DNA of 63,750 nucleotides, filler included, from Ministeria vibrans ATCC 50519 (taxonomy: Eukaryota; Protista; Filasterea): assembly GCA_943704425.1 (NCBI GenBank). It is 7 parts of 7 records of this genome, joined end to end, with 100 filler letters (N's around TTAATTAATTAA, not from the genome) between each part and the next. Parts side by side here need not be neighbours in the genome. Positions count along the whole stretch, not along the records: positions 17,005 to 34,541 come from CALSCP010001379.1; positions 34,642 to 44,876 come from CALSCP010000391.1; 5 more parts are not named here. One strand, given 5' to 3'. The position numbers were made by a program, and so were the translations under genes. Below are positions 24,811 through 36,158 of this stretch, piece by piece. The stretch's first letter is position 1. Each line of letters opens with the position of its first letter. Below the pieces are notes generated by a model, which made no database searches, was not told the origin of the DNA, and was given only the letters and a program-made list of their open reading frames with translations.

Positions 24811-26167
24811 TATCAGTCGCAACGAAAATGGCGATTTACACGTCGTTACGGACGGCACAGTGCACGTGAATGGCAAGATGTACGTTGGAGACGCCCAGGT
24901 TATCACGGAAGCGGACGCTGACGCCGAGTTCGCGTCGCTCGTTGCTCGCATCGACGAACTCACCGCCATCTTCAATTCGTGCGCCTGTCCCAAACCCTGC
25001 CTGTCTTCTCCCTGCGCTAACGGCGCCACCTGTGCCCTTGTGGCCTCGGGCGACTTTGCGTGTGCGTGCGCCGCCGGATACACCGGCGAGCTCTGTTTAT
25101 CGGAGATTGACGAGTGTGCGTCGTCGCCGTGCGACCCTACCGTCGAATTGTGCGTCGATGCGGTCGCGTCGTACAGCTGTCCGCGCCGCGATCTCTGTGA
25201 ATGCTCTCCCTGCACGCCTCCCTTTGTGTGCTACAACGGCACGGCCATCAGCGGCTACGAGTGCGCCTGTCCGCCCGGCACCTTCTTCGACAACCAAAGC
25301 TGTGTCGACATCGACGAGTGCGCCTCCGCACCGTGTCCCAGCGGCACATCTTGTGCCAACGGCGATAACCGCTACACCTGCACATTGTCCGGATCGTTTT
25401 CCTACTCCGCTGCGTCCACGAGCGTCATGGGCCTCGTGGGCGTCCACGCCGTCGGCGGTGATCTCACGCTTCAATCGGTTTCGCTCACGTCCTTTGCCGG
25501 CCTCGAGTCGGTTGAGACAATCGGCAACTCCTTCCAAGCCTTTACCAACAGCAAAATCACAAACATGCAAGGGATGGGGAACCTCAAGAGCATCAGCAAT
25601 CGCCTGTACTTGTTCAACATGCACGCCATCACCTCAATGGAGGGACTCGACTCGCTCGAGACGGTTGGCGACTTCCGCGTCGACTCGTGCAACGCCGTGG
25701 TCAACTTCACGGGACTCAATCCGACCATGCAGGTGACCAACAAGCTGCGTCTGGCGGGGGACGCCGAACTCGTCTCCCTTTATGGTCTCAATCTGCTCAC
25801 CGTGCCCGACTCGCTCGTCGTCATCAACCACCCGAAGCTCACGTCCATTGCTGCACTTGCAACGTGCACCGCCGTCGGCACTCAAGTACCCGCCAACTTC
25901 CAGGGCAGCTCTCTTGTCATCACCAACAACGCCATTCTCACCAACGTTGACGGCCTCGAGAACATCGTCTACGTTGGCGGCGACCTTGTCATCAACACCA
26001 ACCCGCTCATGGCCGACCTGCAGGGCCTCCGCGGTCTCGTTATCCTCAATGGCGCACTCGATATCGACCAACCCAACGCACACATTTGTGACTCCCTCAT
26101 GAGCCATCTGATCAGCATCGCAGGCTCCGTCTTCAAAGCAGTCGCCGATGTTGACGACACTTGCTAG
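24633..26167 (+). CDS. Secreted protein: cubilin-N-like segment and coiled coil, 4 EGF, receptor L-domain-like repeats
   Basis: Exon 1 encodes signal peptide MLLQLAVLSIGLLCTRA; one intron ends at 24816. Then NENGDLHV...EFASLVARIDEL, four EGFs, and repeats of type GLESVETIG, GMGNLKSIS, GLDSLETVG, GLENIVYVGGDLVINTN. Confidence 0.85.
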
Positions 26168-26788
26168 TGAAAAGTACTGTGTAATAAACCAACCAAACCA
26201 ACAGATTATCGTCTTGATGATGCTAATAAATTGTACGGTTTTCGTTTCAGTTTGACTCCTTGATCGAAATAAATGAAGATCATATTATTATACTTGTAAT
26301 ACATATTATTTATAAGCCGTTCTTCACCAAGTAAAAGGACCCAATCCACTCTCTTCGGCTCCTGTCGCTCTTTAATTTTGCTTTTTCTAATTACATACCA
26401 CAACAGTGCAAATATCAATATTAATTATCGATTGATTTTTTTTTTTTTAAATTTTTTTGCTTCTTTTTTTGTATAGCTGTGCTGTGATCTAATGCCTGTG
26501 CGGTACCTTGGTGATCCCCGTCGGGTAGGGCATGAATAATATTAAAAACTCCCCGATGAAAAGAAGAAAAAACGAAACGTGTTTGAGACGAAACACAAAC
26601 ATGAACCAATCAGACGTCCCTCTCCCGTCAAACGAGTCGTCGCAGCTCCTACGTCAACGCATCACTGTACCAATGATAATTAATGCGGTGCAATGTTGAC
26701 TCGGGTGTTTGGTCCCGCTCAGTTGTGGAGTGAGACAAAAAGACGTTTCAAATGGCTGTTTGAATTGGTTCTGTTGCGTTGTCACAGC

Positions 26789-28341
26789 TGGAGTCCCTAA
26801 TGCCATTATTGATTACTCCTTTTACTGCGGTTCTCTATCGTCACAGTCTAGTGACAGTGATTTCTCGAGAGAAAGAGAGAGTCGTTTCATTTACAGTTCG
26901 TTTTTCTTTTACCTTGCTTTCGGTGTAGAAGTCCCAGCGTCGCAATGTTGTGACGAGTCACTATGTCATGTCTGTGCCGCCTTTGCTACGTGTGGGTGAT
27001 AAAGTTTCGGTGCGGTCGACCGTGGATGAGGCGGTGGCAAGAGGTGAAATGATTCAGTGAGCATTGTGGCGCCGTTTTTTCATCCCCCTTTCTCGACTAC
27101 CTAACGATATAGTTCAAGCTCCCGTTCTTACGCTGGACGACATTGACGAAGGAAAAGAGCCTCTGGATATACTGCAGTGGGATTGGGTTTCTCACGATCA
27201 GTCTAGTCGAGTTGACACTTCAGATTTGTTACTCGATGAAGCCCAGACAAGTCAGGATCAATATTAATTATTCAATAATAATAACAATCTTGTTCACTTT
27301 TTTGTGTGTTGTTTAGATGCACACGACGACAATGACCTCTCAAGCCCTCTATTTGAGCGAGACATTGCGCCGACTTTGTCGTTGACACGCCGCTACGGTA
27401 TGGAACAGCCACTCACGCGACAGCCGCCACCACTTTTGCCCTCGGCCATGTTCGACGCCGTTCTCGCACGCTCCGTACCCCTTTCCGTCACCGACCCGTT
27501 TGTCGACGACTCAAGCGGTCTTCAACTTGACGCGGATGCCTACATCGTGCAGAGTGTGCAGCTTGACGGAATGCAACTCGAGAAGTGGGCTGACGACGAC
27601 GACGACGACGACGATGACGACTTGGACGCCGCCTGTAGCGCACTCCTTCTCGATGGACCCCGCTACTCAGTGTACAAAAAGGTGGATATGTTTGAACTAC
27701 CTTCGGTTTGCGTGCCTTACTCGTCCAACGAGACCCTCATGACCGTGGAGAATGCGATGAAGTGTGAGCATTTTGGCTTTTTTGTTTTGTTTCCTGATGC
27801 ATTTTACCTTCCACAGATGTTTGCATTGACGAGAACGAAGGAAAGGATGAGAACGAAACGGACGACGAGCTATTGCTTGATCAGGCAGCCGTGGATGCGT
27901 TTTTGAAGGACGCCGACAGCCTGGACGGCGCCATCGAGTCGGCACTGCTCATGCCGGAACACTCGCAGTGTGAAGCCAAAGTTGAACTCTCCGTTGATGT
28001 CTCGCGCTTCCCTTCTGTTCAGAAAGAAGGCGACGAACTTGTTGATCGCTACGCGATGGAAGAGCCCGTAGCGCGTCCGTCTATTAGCCAAAGCGAACTC
28101 CTCTTCTCCCTGGTACCGGTGCCCGACGAGTTTGACCCAGACTTTTGTGTTGACTGGTAACCACGACTGTTCTCTCAATTCTTGTTTTTTGACTTGCTTT
28201 TGACAGTCGTTCTTTTTACGTAGCCAACTGACCATGAATGATCTGAGTGATATTCTTGATGTCAGTCATCGCGCGACAGTTGAGCGAAACCTTCTTCTTG
28301 AGCGCCACCGCTTCAACGAGCTCCTCGCATTTCGCATTCAA
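26789..28341 (+). CDS. Spliced acidic protein of unknown function; both ends uncertain
   Basis: Open GC-richer exons (about 27318-27762, 27816-28156, 28224-28341) separated by GT-AG introns; poly-Asp tract. Confidence 0.5.
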
Positions 28342-28381
28342 GGTGCGCATGTAACATCCAAACACAGCTCGTTTTGATGCG

Positions 28382-28415
<34 letters not shown>

Positions 28416-29961
28416 AAATGACTGTTTGCAGTGAGGTGGATAGAGTGGAAAGACATGGATCATTTCACAGCCAGAGCAATAATGAGGAAGGCCCCCCGAA
28501 ATGGATGGAGTGAGGCGTCGAGCGACGTCGAAATGAAGTCGCGTGGGTGGGAGGGAGGAGGGGAAGAACGACAAGGCAATCGTGGAATGTGACGTGAAAT
28601 TCCAGGGCATTTCAGATTCCGTTGAGACAGCTCGAGAGGCGAGCGTGCACATTGGCGGCGTTTTTGTTTCTTAACACTACAGTGGGATGAACACACACGG
28701 TGGACGGGGGGAAGGCAAGGGCTGCTGCTGCAGAGCGCAAGATTTGGTGTGCGACCGAATGTGTATACGTCACACAGTCATCCCATCTTTTCGCTCTTGA
28801 TTGTCTATGCAACTCTCTGTCTTGCATGGGGGAACAACCGCTTACCAAACAGACAGCTGACTAGCGTGATCCAGAGCAGAGCAGATTTCATTTTTGTTTC
28901 ACCGAAACAAAAATCGGCCTAGCAAAAAAGAGCTACCGGTATCCGTCTGGATGTGAAGACGTGCAAGAGGTTTTACGCTGATGGAAGGGGTGTAGGATTA
29001 CACTGGTAGCTGGAGAAAACAGCAGCAGAGCACACTGAAAAATATGAAAATAAAGAAAATTAAAATTTTAAAACCGAATTGTAAGCATCATTCGTCAAGT
29101 GTTCGTCAAGGGGGCGACATCAACGTACAAATAATCACATAAAGCTGCTAGCAGATTAACCATCTTGCAACTGACTACCTGCCCAGTGTATCACCAAAGC
29201 GCCCCGCAGGTATGACGTTTAGCTCGGCAAGTCGCTTAAACAGTCGACACCGTATTGACACCTTCCACTTCACACCCCCACAATGGCCCTATATCGACAC
29301 ACAGTCACATGCTGTGAGTGAGACCAGAGACAACCCAGACACCGAACACGCCTTTCATAGCATCAGAGCGTTGAGCCGGAATCACTCGACACAAGGGATA
29401 AGTGTGTGAGGTGTATTTAATAATCAATAAGTGTGTGAGGTGTATTAAATAATTAATAATCATACTTCTAGCTAGGTCACAGTGTGTGGTACTATTATTC
29501 CTTGTTGTTGTTCTTCTTCTTCTTCTTCTTCTTCTTCTTCTTCTTCTTCTAAGTATTCTTGTGCATTGCAATTACCTTAGTAGCCTCACTGGATAGCGAT
29601 TGCACATGTGTTTTTGTTGTAGATCTGGTGACTGTAATTAATAATTAATACTATGGGATTTGAGACATTCGCGTCAGTCGTCTACTCTAGTACTGAATAA
29701 GTACTCACTCTACTGTCTTGTTTATGTCTACTTGTCTAGACGTTTACTCACGTTTTTTACGGTAGAACCATGGAAGTATTGTACTGCTCTTTCACTGCTC
29801 TTTGTTTCACACACACACAGTTTTGTGTACGACATTGAGTATCTCATTTCGAAATTTCAAATTCCAAACTTTCCATACTTTCTTAATTCTTTCTGGTTCA
29901 TAGCCTAGTGAGAGTGATTCGTGTGGATAGATTGTAGAGACACGCACGAATACTCACTGTG

Positions 29962-32483
29962 ATGGAAGTGGAGTTGGCGGCGTCGGCAGTGACGTCGTCG
30001 ACTTTTCGACGAAGACGACCCGCAAAAGCGCGATTTTCGCGAATGGGAGCCTCGATCAAGGGCGACAGAGGTGGCGATGAGAAAGACCTGGACGACTTCG
30101 ACTCGCTTGAGTTACTCTGTGCCTTGAAGCGTAGCGAGGCGCCTTTTCGGAGATCAGTTTCTGCCTTGTCGTCAGACGCCAAATCGCCTCCTTGTCCTTT
30201 TCCTTTCGAGGCTGACTCGGCTCGTCAAATACCTCCCAACGGTACCGGGTCTGTGCCGAGCGACGTAAGGATGCCGTTGCATTGCCCTGCAGTCCCAGAG
30301 ACGACGGAAGCAGCGACGGCAGCGACGACTTCCATTTCGACCAAACCGAAACCTTTTCGCGACACTGACAACGCCAACGACAACGACGGCGACGGCGACG
30401 GCGACGATGACGATTTTGAGGACATGGAAGAGGTCAGACGAAGAATGAGGCGGCGCAAGGAGGAGTCGGCGACAAAGCGCAGACGTGGTTTGCCGGCAAA
30501 CGACACCTTGCGAGATTCGTCGGCCGATGAGACAACGAAGGGCGACTGTGACTCTTTTTCGCACGGCCGTGATGGAAATTGGGAATGCATATTGCCCGCA
30601 TCACTTGATACCCCCCCATCGGCAGCGATTATGCCGAAAATTCGTCTCATCTTCCGTCGCACCACTCATCAAGCTCAAACCTCAGCCACTGATGTCGCTC
30701 TGGTCACCGCACCACAACCACAACGAGCAACAACACCAGATTCACCGTCACCGCCACCATCACGTTGTCATCGACGACGACACTACCAACCCAAGAACAG
30801 ACCTGTCGCGGAGATTTACGAAGAGATGCTCGAGACTAGTCGCCTTCTCAATGCGCTTGTGGACAAGCAACAACAGAGCGTTTTTGACGGAGCAATGTGT
30901 GGTGACATTTGCGGCGAGGGCAATGATGACACATCCAATGCCTGGACCGACGACGCCAGCGAAGCGGTCGTGGCCGAGACGGACGACGCACAGCTGCGCA
31001 GACGTCTACGACGAAACGTGTCCTGTCCTTTGCGGTTCCAAGACGACACGGGGAACGACTTGACACCACACCGACGTCAAAGAAAGCGTCCCCTCGAGCA
31101 GACAGCTGGCAGTGACGACAATCGGCCCGCTCGCTCAAAGCGACGTCTCTACCGAGGCAAGCATGACAGACGACGATGTGCACTGGGACGAGAGGACCCT
31201 CTATGTTGGAACTCCGACTGCAAAGCCGTTGAAGGTCATTCGCCGAGTACGGAGAGCGAGACTTTGGCGCCTGTAAGTAGTGGCAGCGAGACGACCGGTG
31301 TGTGTGCTGGGGGGCAGGCGGTTGATCGCTTTGCGCAGCTCCCGGACGAATGGTGGCTCGAGCCGGTGCCGGATGCGGCGCGTCTCGGCATGCCTGGTCC
31401 ATTTTTATTCCACGAACCCCATATCTGGTCCCTCTGCTCGGCCGCCAACATTCCCTGGTGTCGTTTCTGTAAGCACCAAGAGAGCGTAACAGCGCTCGTT
31501 TAATAACACCCCACTTTTTATCATTGTGCTTGACTCAGGTGGCGATATTGGCGTGGATCTTGTGCGACGTTGTGTTCTTGGCTCACGGACCCTCTGCAGC
31601 CGTTGCGGCCGTCGTCTCCTGCGCAAACCGTCGCTCATACCGTTGCGAGTGTCAGCAGATTCGGTATGTAAGGTTCTCGCTTCTCTCGCTCTGACATGGC
31701 TGTTTGCGTTTGCTTGTGTAGCCGCTCGATGTGCCTATTCTTGCTGTTCTGCGACAATACAAAGGACGTCGACGAATCAGTAAGCATCACTGATTTGAGT
31801 TTTTTTTTTTTTTTTGGCTCCACTTAACATTATACATACTTCTTTACAAAAGTGCGCACTGTGACAGACAAGACACTGCAGCGGACTGGCGAGCAGGCAC
31901 TCATGCAGCTTTGCACATTTAATCGGATTCCCTCCGACTTTGCCGCTGTGCCCCCCGCACTCCTTGACGACGGATGTGTTCGTGCTCAAGGCTACCGCAA
32001 GCCATCTCTCCTTGAAAAGGTACCGATTGTACTGGTCAATCCTTCACCGACAATAAATGAATTGTATATTGTTTTTTTTTTGTGTAGCGTTTGTATGCAC
32101 GACCCATCGTTGTGATACCGCCAACTTGTGAGCACAAGCGAGTAAGGAAGATGCGTTTCCATCACCCACACCCATTCAGTAGCTCACCTCTTTCTTGTGT
32201 TTTTTTTTTGTTCACATCTCATTATCCTTTTTTGCACTGTATGTGTATGTCTCTCTCGTTTGTTTCTCTCTCACACTTTGCTTTTTATCTCACTTTCCCT
32301 TCTTCTTTCTTCCTACCTCTCTCTCTTTCTACCTCTTTCTCTTTCTCGTTTATACCTCTTTCTTTCTCTCTCTACCTCGTTCTTTCTCTCTCTCTATCAC
32401 TTTGTTTCTCTCTCTCTATCACTTTGTTTCTCTCTCCATCACTTTGTTTCTCTCTCTATCACTTTTTTTCTCTCTCTATCACT

Positions 32484-32537
<54 letters not shown>

Positions 32538-32538
32538 A

Positions 32539-32575
<37 letters not shown>

Positions 32576-33324
32576 TTGTTAGGTGTTTCGCTCCGATTTG
32601 GAGTCACTGTCTCACGCACAATGGCTGACCATGGCGGCTGTACGGGGCCAACTGGTGACACTGGGACGCAGTGGCATCCATGGCTACGGTATGTACGCCC
32701 GCTGCGACTTGCACGCCAACGAGCTTGTCATGGAGTACACAGGTCAAGTGGTGCGTCAGACGGTACGTTTTTTTTTTGTGATGGGACTGTTTTCTGTTAT
32801 GATATATATGAGAAATTGATGAGTGTGAAAAATTAAAAATAATAATAATGATTATTATTATTTATTTTGTGTGTGTGTGTGTGTGTGTGCGTGTGTTCTA
32901 ACAGTTGGCAGACAAGCGTGAGATCGAGTACGAGTCGACAATGGGCCACGGCGCAACATACCTGTGGAGCTACGACGACAACGAGCAGTTTGTGATTGAT
33001 GCGACCAATGACGGATGCACTGCTCGTCTTATCAACCACTCATGCGATCCATGCTGTGTCTCCGATCGCGTATGCACTCATTGTGTTGTTTTTTTCTGTT
33101 ACTGTGACCAATTTGTGTGGTTTCTTTTTACCCACACAGTCTGACTCACTTAAAACTCGCAAATTTTGCAGGTGTGCGTTGAGGGACGCTGGCACATAGT
33201 GATACTGACCAAACGGGCGATCCGCGCAGGTGAAGAGATCACGTACGACTACCAGCTTCCCCTGGAGGACGACAAGATCCCCTGCTGCTGTGGCGCCACC
33301 GCCTGTCGCGGGACCATGAACTGA
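29962..33324 (+). CDS. SET1/MLL-type histone H3K4 methyltransferase with GATA-like zinc finger, Win motif, SET and post-SET
   Basis: Win-like GCVRAQGY (31972-31995); SET motifs RSGIHGYG, MEYTGQVVR, ADKRE, IDAT, RLINHSC and EEITYDY; post-SET IPCCCGATACRGTMN-stop. Confidence 0.88.
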
Positions 33325-33468
33325 TTTTCTTGTTTGTATATACATATATATATATTGCACATTTTGTCACTGCAACATTAGGTTTCTTTTTTCTTTCTTT
33401 TTTCTTTCTTTTTTCTTTTTTTCATTAGTTGTTATGTATTATGGTTAATGTGGTTTGGGTTGTGTCTG

Positions 33469-34342
33469 CTATGCAACAAACTCCTCCGAGCCCCAGTCGG
33501 TGACTTTGTGCTCATTGTGCATCGTGAGCAGTTTGCGTACGCTCGTTGTGTCACGGTCGCCCCACAGCAAAAATTGTATGCTCCAGCATTGAGGACCGTA
33601 CTCATAGAAGCGGAACATGAAGCGCTCAGTCTTCATGGGGTGGGGAAACAATTAGCAACAAAGGATAAAGAAACAAAATAATTTAGACACACCTGCAAAC
33701 GCCGCGAGATGAGCCGACAGTTATCCTTGTCGACCAGTAGCTGCGTGTAGACGAGGCGCACAAAGTTGTGGCACCATATTCGTGTGCTAATAAGCGCAAG
33801 AAGAGGGATCAGGTGAGACAAGTAGAAATATGGGGTTATATGTACTTGAGGTAACATTTGCGCGTGTCCAAGTGAGAACTGGAGAGTCGCTTCCAACTAC
33901 AATAATAATGATGAAAAAGAGCCCAACCTCTCATTGTTCGTTTCTTTGTTTTTTATGTTGTGCTGTCGATTTACCTAGGATTCTTTGGAATGTCAACGAT
34001 GCATGTGTGGCAGCCGTGTACACTGGCATTTTCAGCCTACCAAAAAACACCACAATACGCTTTAGGGTGAAGGTTGAACATACTTGTGTTGTACCTCTTG
34101 AAGAATTTCCTGCACAAACGAGTCAATTGTCGAGCCAATGCGGCGCATGGCACGTGTAATGGCGACATGGGTCATAAGTTCGCCTCGCATCGAGCCCGCC
34201 GGTGGTATAAGCTCCACGTCCACCGGCAACTGGAAGTACTCCACTTCGATTTCAATTAGGCGCCGTGGCATGTGAGAGGGCACAATGAGTTCACCCGTTC
34301 GATAAAAATCAAGAATCGCCGAGAAGGTCTCCCCATTTCTAG
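33469..34342 (-). CDS. KCTD-like BTB/T1-domain protein, 5'-truncated
   Basis: RNGETFSAILDFYRTGELIVP...IEIEVEYFQLP is the T1/BTB C-terminal half; downstream exons show no channel transmembrane segments. Confidence 0.75.
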
Positions 34343-34379
34343 GATGAGAAGGCGAATCATTAAAATATGTAAACACACA

Positions 34380-34541
<162 letters not shown>

Positions 34542-35162
34542 NNNNNNNNNNNNNNNNNNNNNNNNNNNNNNNNNNNNNNNNNNNNTTAATTAATTAANNN
34601 NNNNNNNNNNNNNNNNNNNNNNNNNNNNNNNNNNNNNNNNNCCCCCCCCTCCCATACATATATCTATTCTCATAATCTAACACACAGTCACGACAACAAG
34701 CCCACCAGCCGCCCTGCAGCCGACCTGCCTTGCCCGTGTGTTCGCCCGTGTACCACGTGTACCACGGGAGCGCCCCACAGCCACCTGGACTTGTCGCCGC
34801 CGACCACCGATCCGATTGTTTCAACCACGACTTCGACTTTACACTCCTTGCCGACAGACACCTTCATGGTGTCAGAGCCCTATGCCTCCACTGGGGGTAT
34901 GGCGTACCATTGCAATTGCCTCACCCAGCTGGATAGCGACGACACAGCACTATGACCTGCCACTGTTCTATGTTACCTCTAGAGTTTCGGTCGAGTTTGC
35001 AAGGCGGTCTGGCTGTGTCTTCGCGTGGTGACTGTATCAATAATAAATGAGTTGTATTCTTCTAAATATTATTATCGATCACGAGCGAAAGGCGACAACT
35101 CAAACAGCACTTTCTAAGCTACAGGAGCATTGAGAGGGAGCGGAGACAGGTTGGCTTATGGC

Positions 35163-35247
35163 CAGAGAAGTGACGCAAGAGGCACTATATACACCATATT
35201 CTCAGAGAAGTGACGCAAGAGGCACTATATACACCATATTCTCAGAG
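35163..35247. repeat. Perfect 40-bp tandem duplication
   Basis: CAGAGAAGTGACGCAAGAGGCACTATATACACCATATTCT occurs twice, followed by CAGAG. Confidence 0.9.
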
Positions 35248-35446
35248 GGACAAGAGGCTCTGCCAAACATAATCTTTACATTGAAACAATTTTGATTTTG
35301 ATCAAATTGTGCGCGTGGGCTCATTGACCTGACTGAGGTTCATCGCTGCCGATAGCAATTCAACGCTGACTCGACATACTGCTGCTGGCGTCGTAACAAA
35401 CAAACAGTCAAAAATCAAAATGATCCCAACCAAAAAAGTGTCCACT

Positions 35447-35619
35447 CACATTGTGTGTCCTTTCAGGTTACGCACTAATGTTTGGTCGTTGGTCCTCCAC
35501 ACTTTCAGCTCTCCATTTACATCTCCACTGATGATCAACTCCCCATTGGGTGTCACTGCCACACCCATAATGACACTGCTGTGCCCTTTGATCGACGCCA
35601 GAGGAACGCCAGAGGACAC
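35447..35619 (-). pseudogene. WD40-repeat fragment, possibly degenerate
   Basis: Minus frame reads VSSGVPLASIKGHSSVIMGVAVTPNGELIISGDVNGELKVWRTNDQTLVRNLKGH. It is preceded by an in-frame TGA and I could not splice it into a clean gene. Confidence 0.5.
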
Positions 35620-36158
35620 TCAATCTGATCAGCTCCGGCCACACGCTCACCAAATGAAACAACAATGTTTGTGCGTGTATCCACATACACAACAGCAGAG
35701 TGATTGATGCGCGCAAAAGGCATCCTACACCACCAAAGACAACGGCCAATCCTTGAAAATCGCCCTTTCGACTTCACTCGACGACAACACAATCAAATCA
35801 TTCAACAAAACTAAAATATCGTCCAAAATTCCAAAATCCCCAAACAGTCCCCAAAATATGTTCGACTCACAAACATGATTACATGAAACAAAACAAAACA
35901 CTCAAACATTTGAAGCAGAGAGTGCAGTTCCTTGGCGGAAGAAGAACACACTCTACAACACACCATCAGTATCACTGCGCTGCTGCAAACGGTGCACAAC
36001 AGACAATGCCTACTTACAACTGCTGAGTGTGAAGTGTTCGTGATAATAAAATCTGATCTGTCGAAACTCGAAAAGGAAGAAGACAAAATGAAATCAGTTG
36101 CTATCAAAAATAATCAAAATATATCGCATTATTTTTTCTAGTAGTCATCTTAATATTC

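Noticed and set aside
27318-27560. Resemblance of the orphan gene to meiotic SHOC1 (AVLARSVPLSVTDP)
   Set aside because: Only a few residues recalled from memory; the gene seems far too short and has no XPF-like domain.
32091-32836. SLSLSL, ERERER, poly-N and poly-I ORFs here and elsewhere
   Set aside because: Translations of intronic microsatellites.
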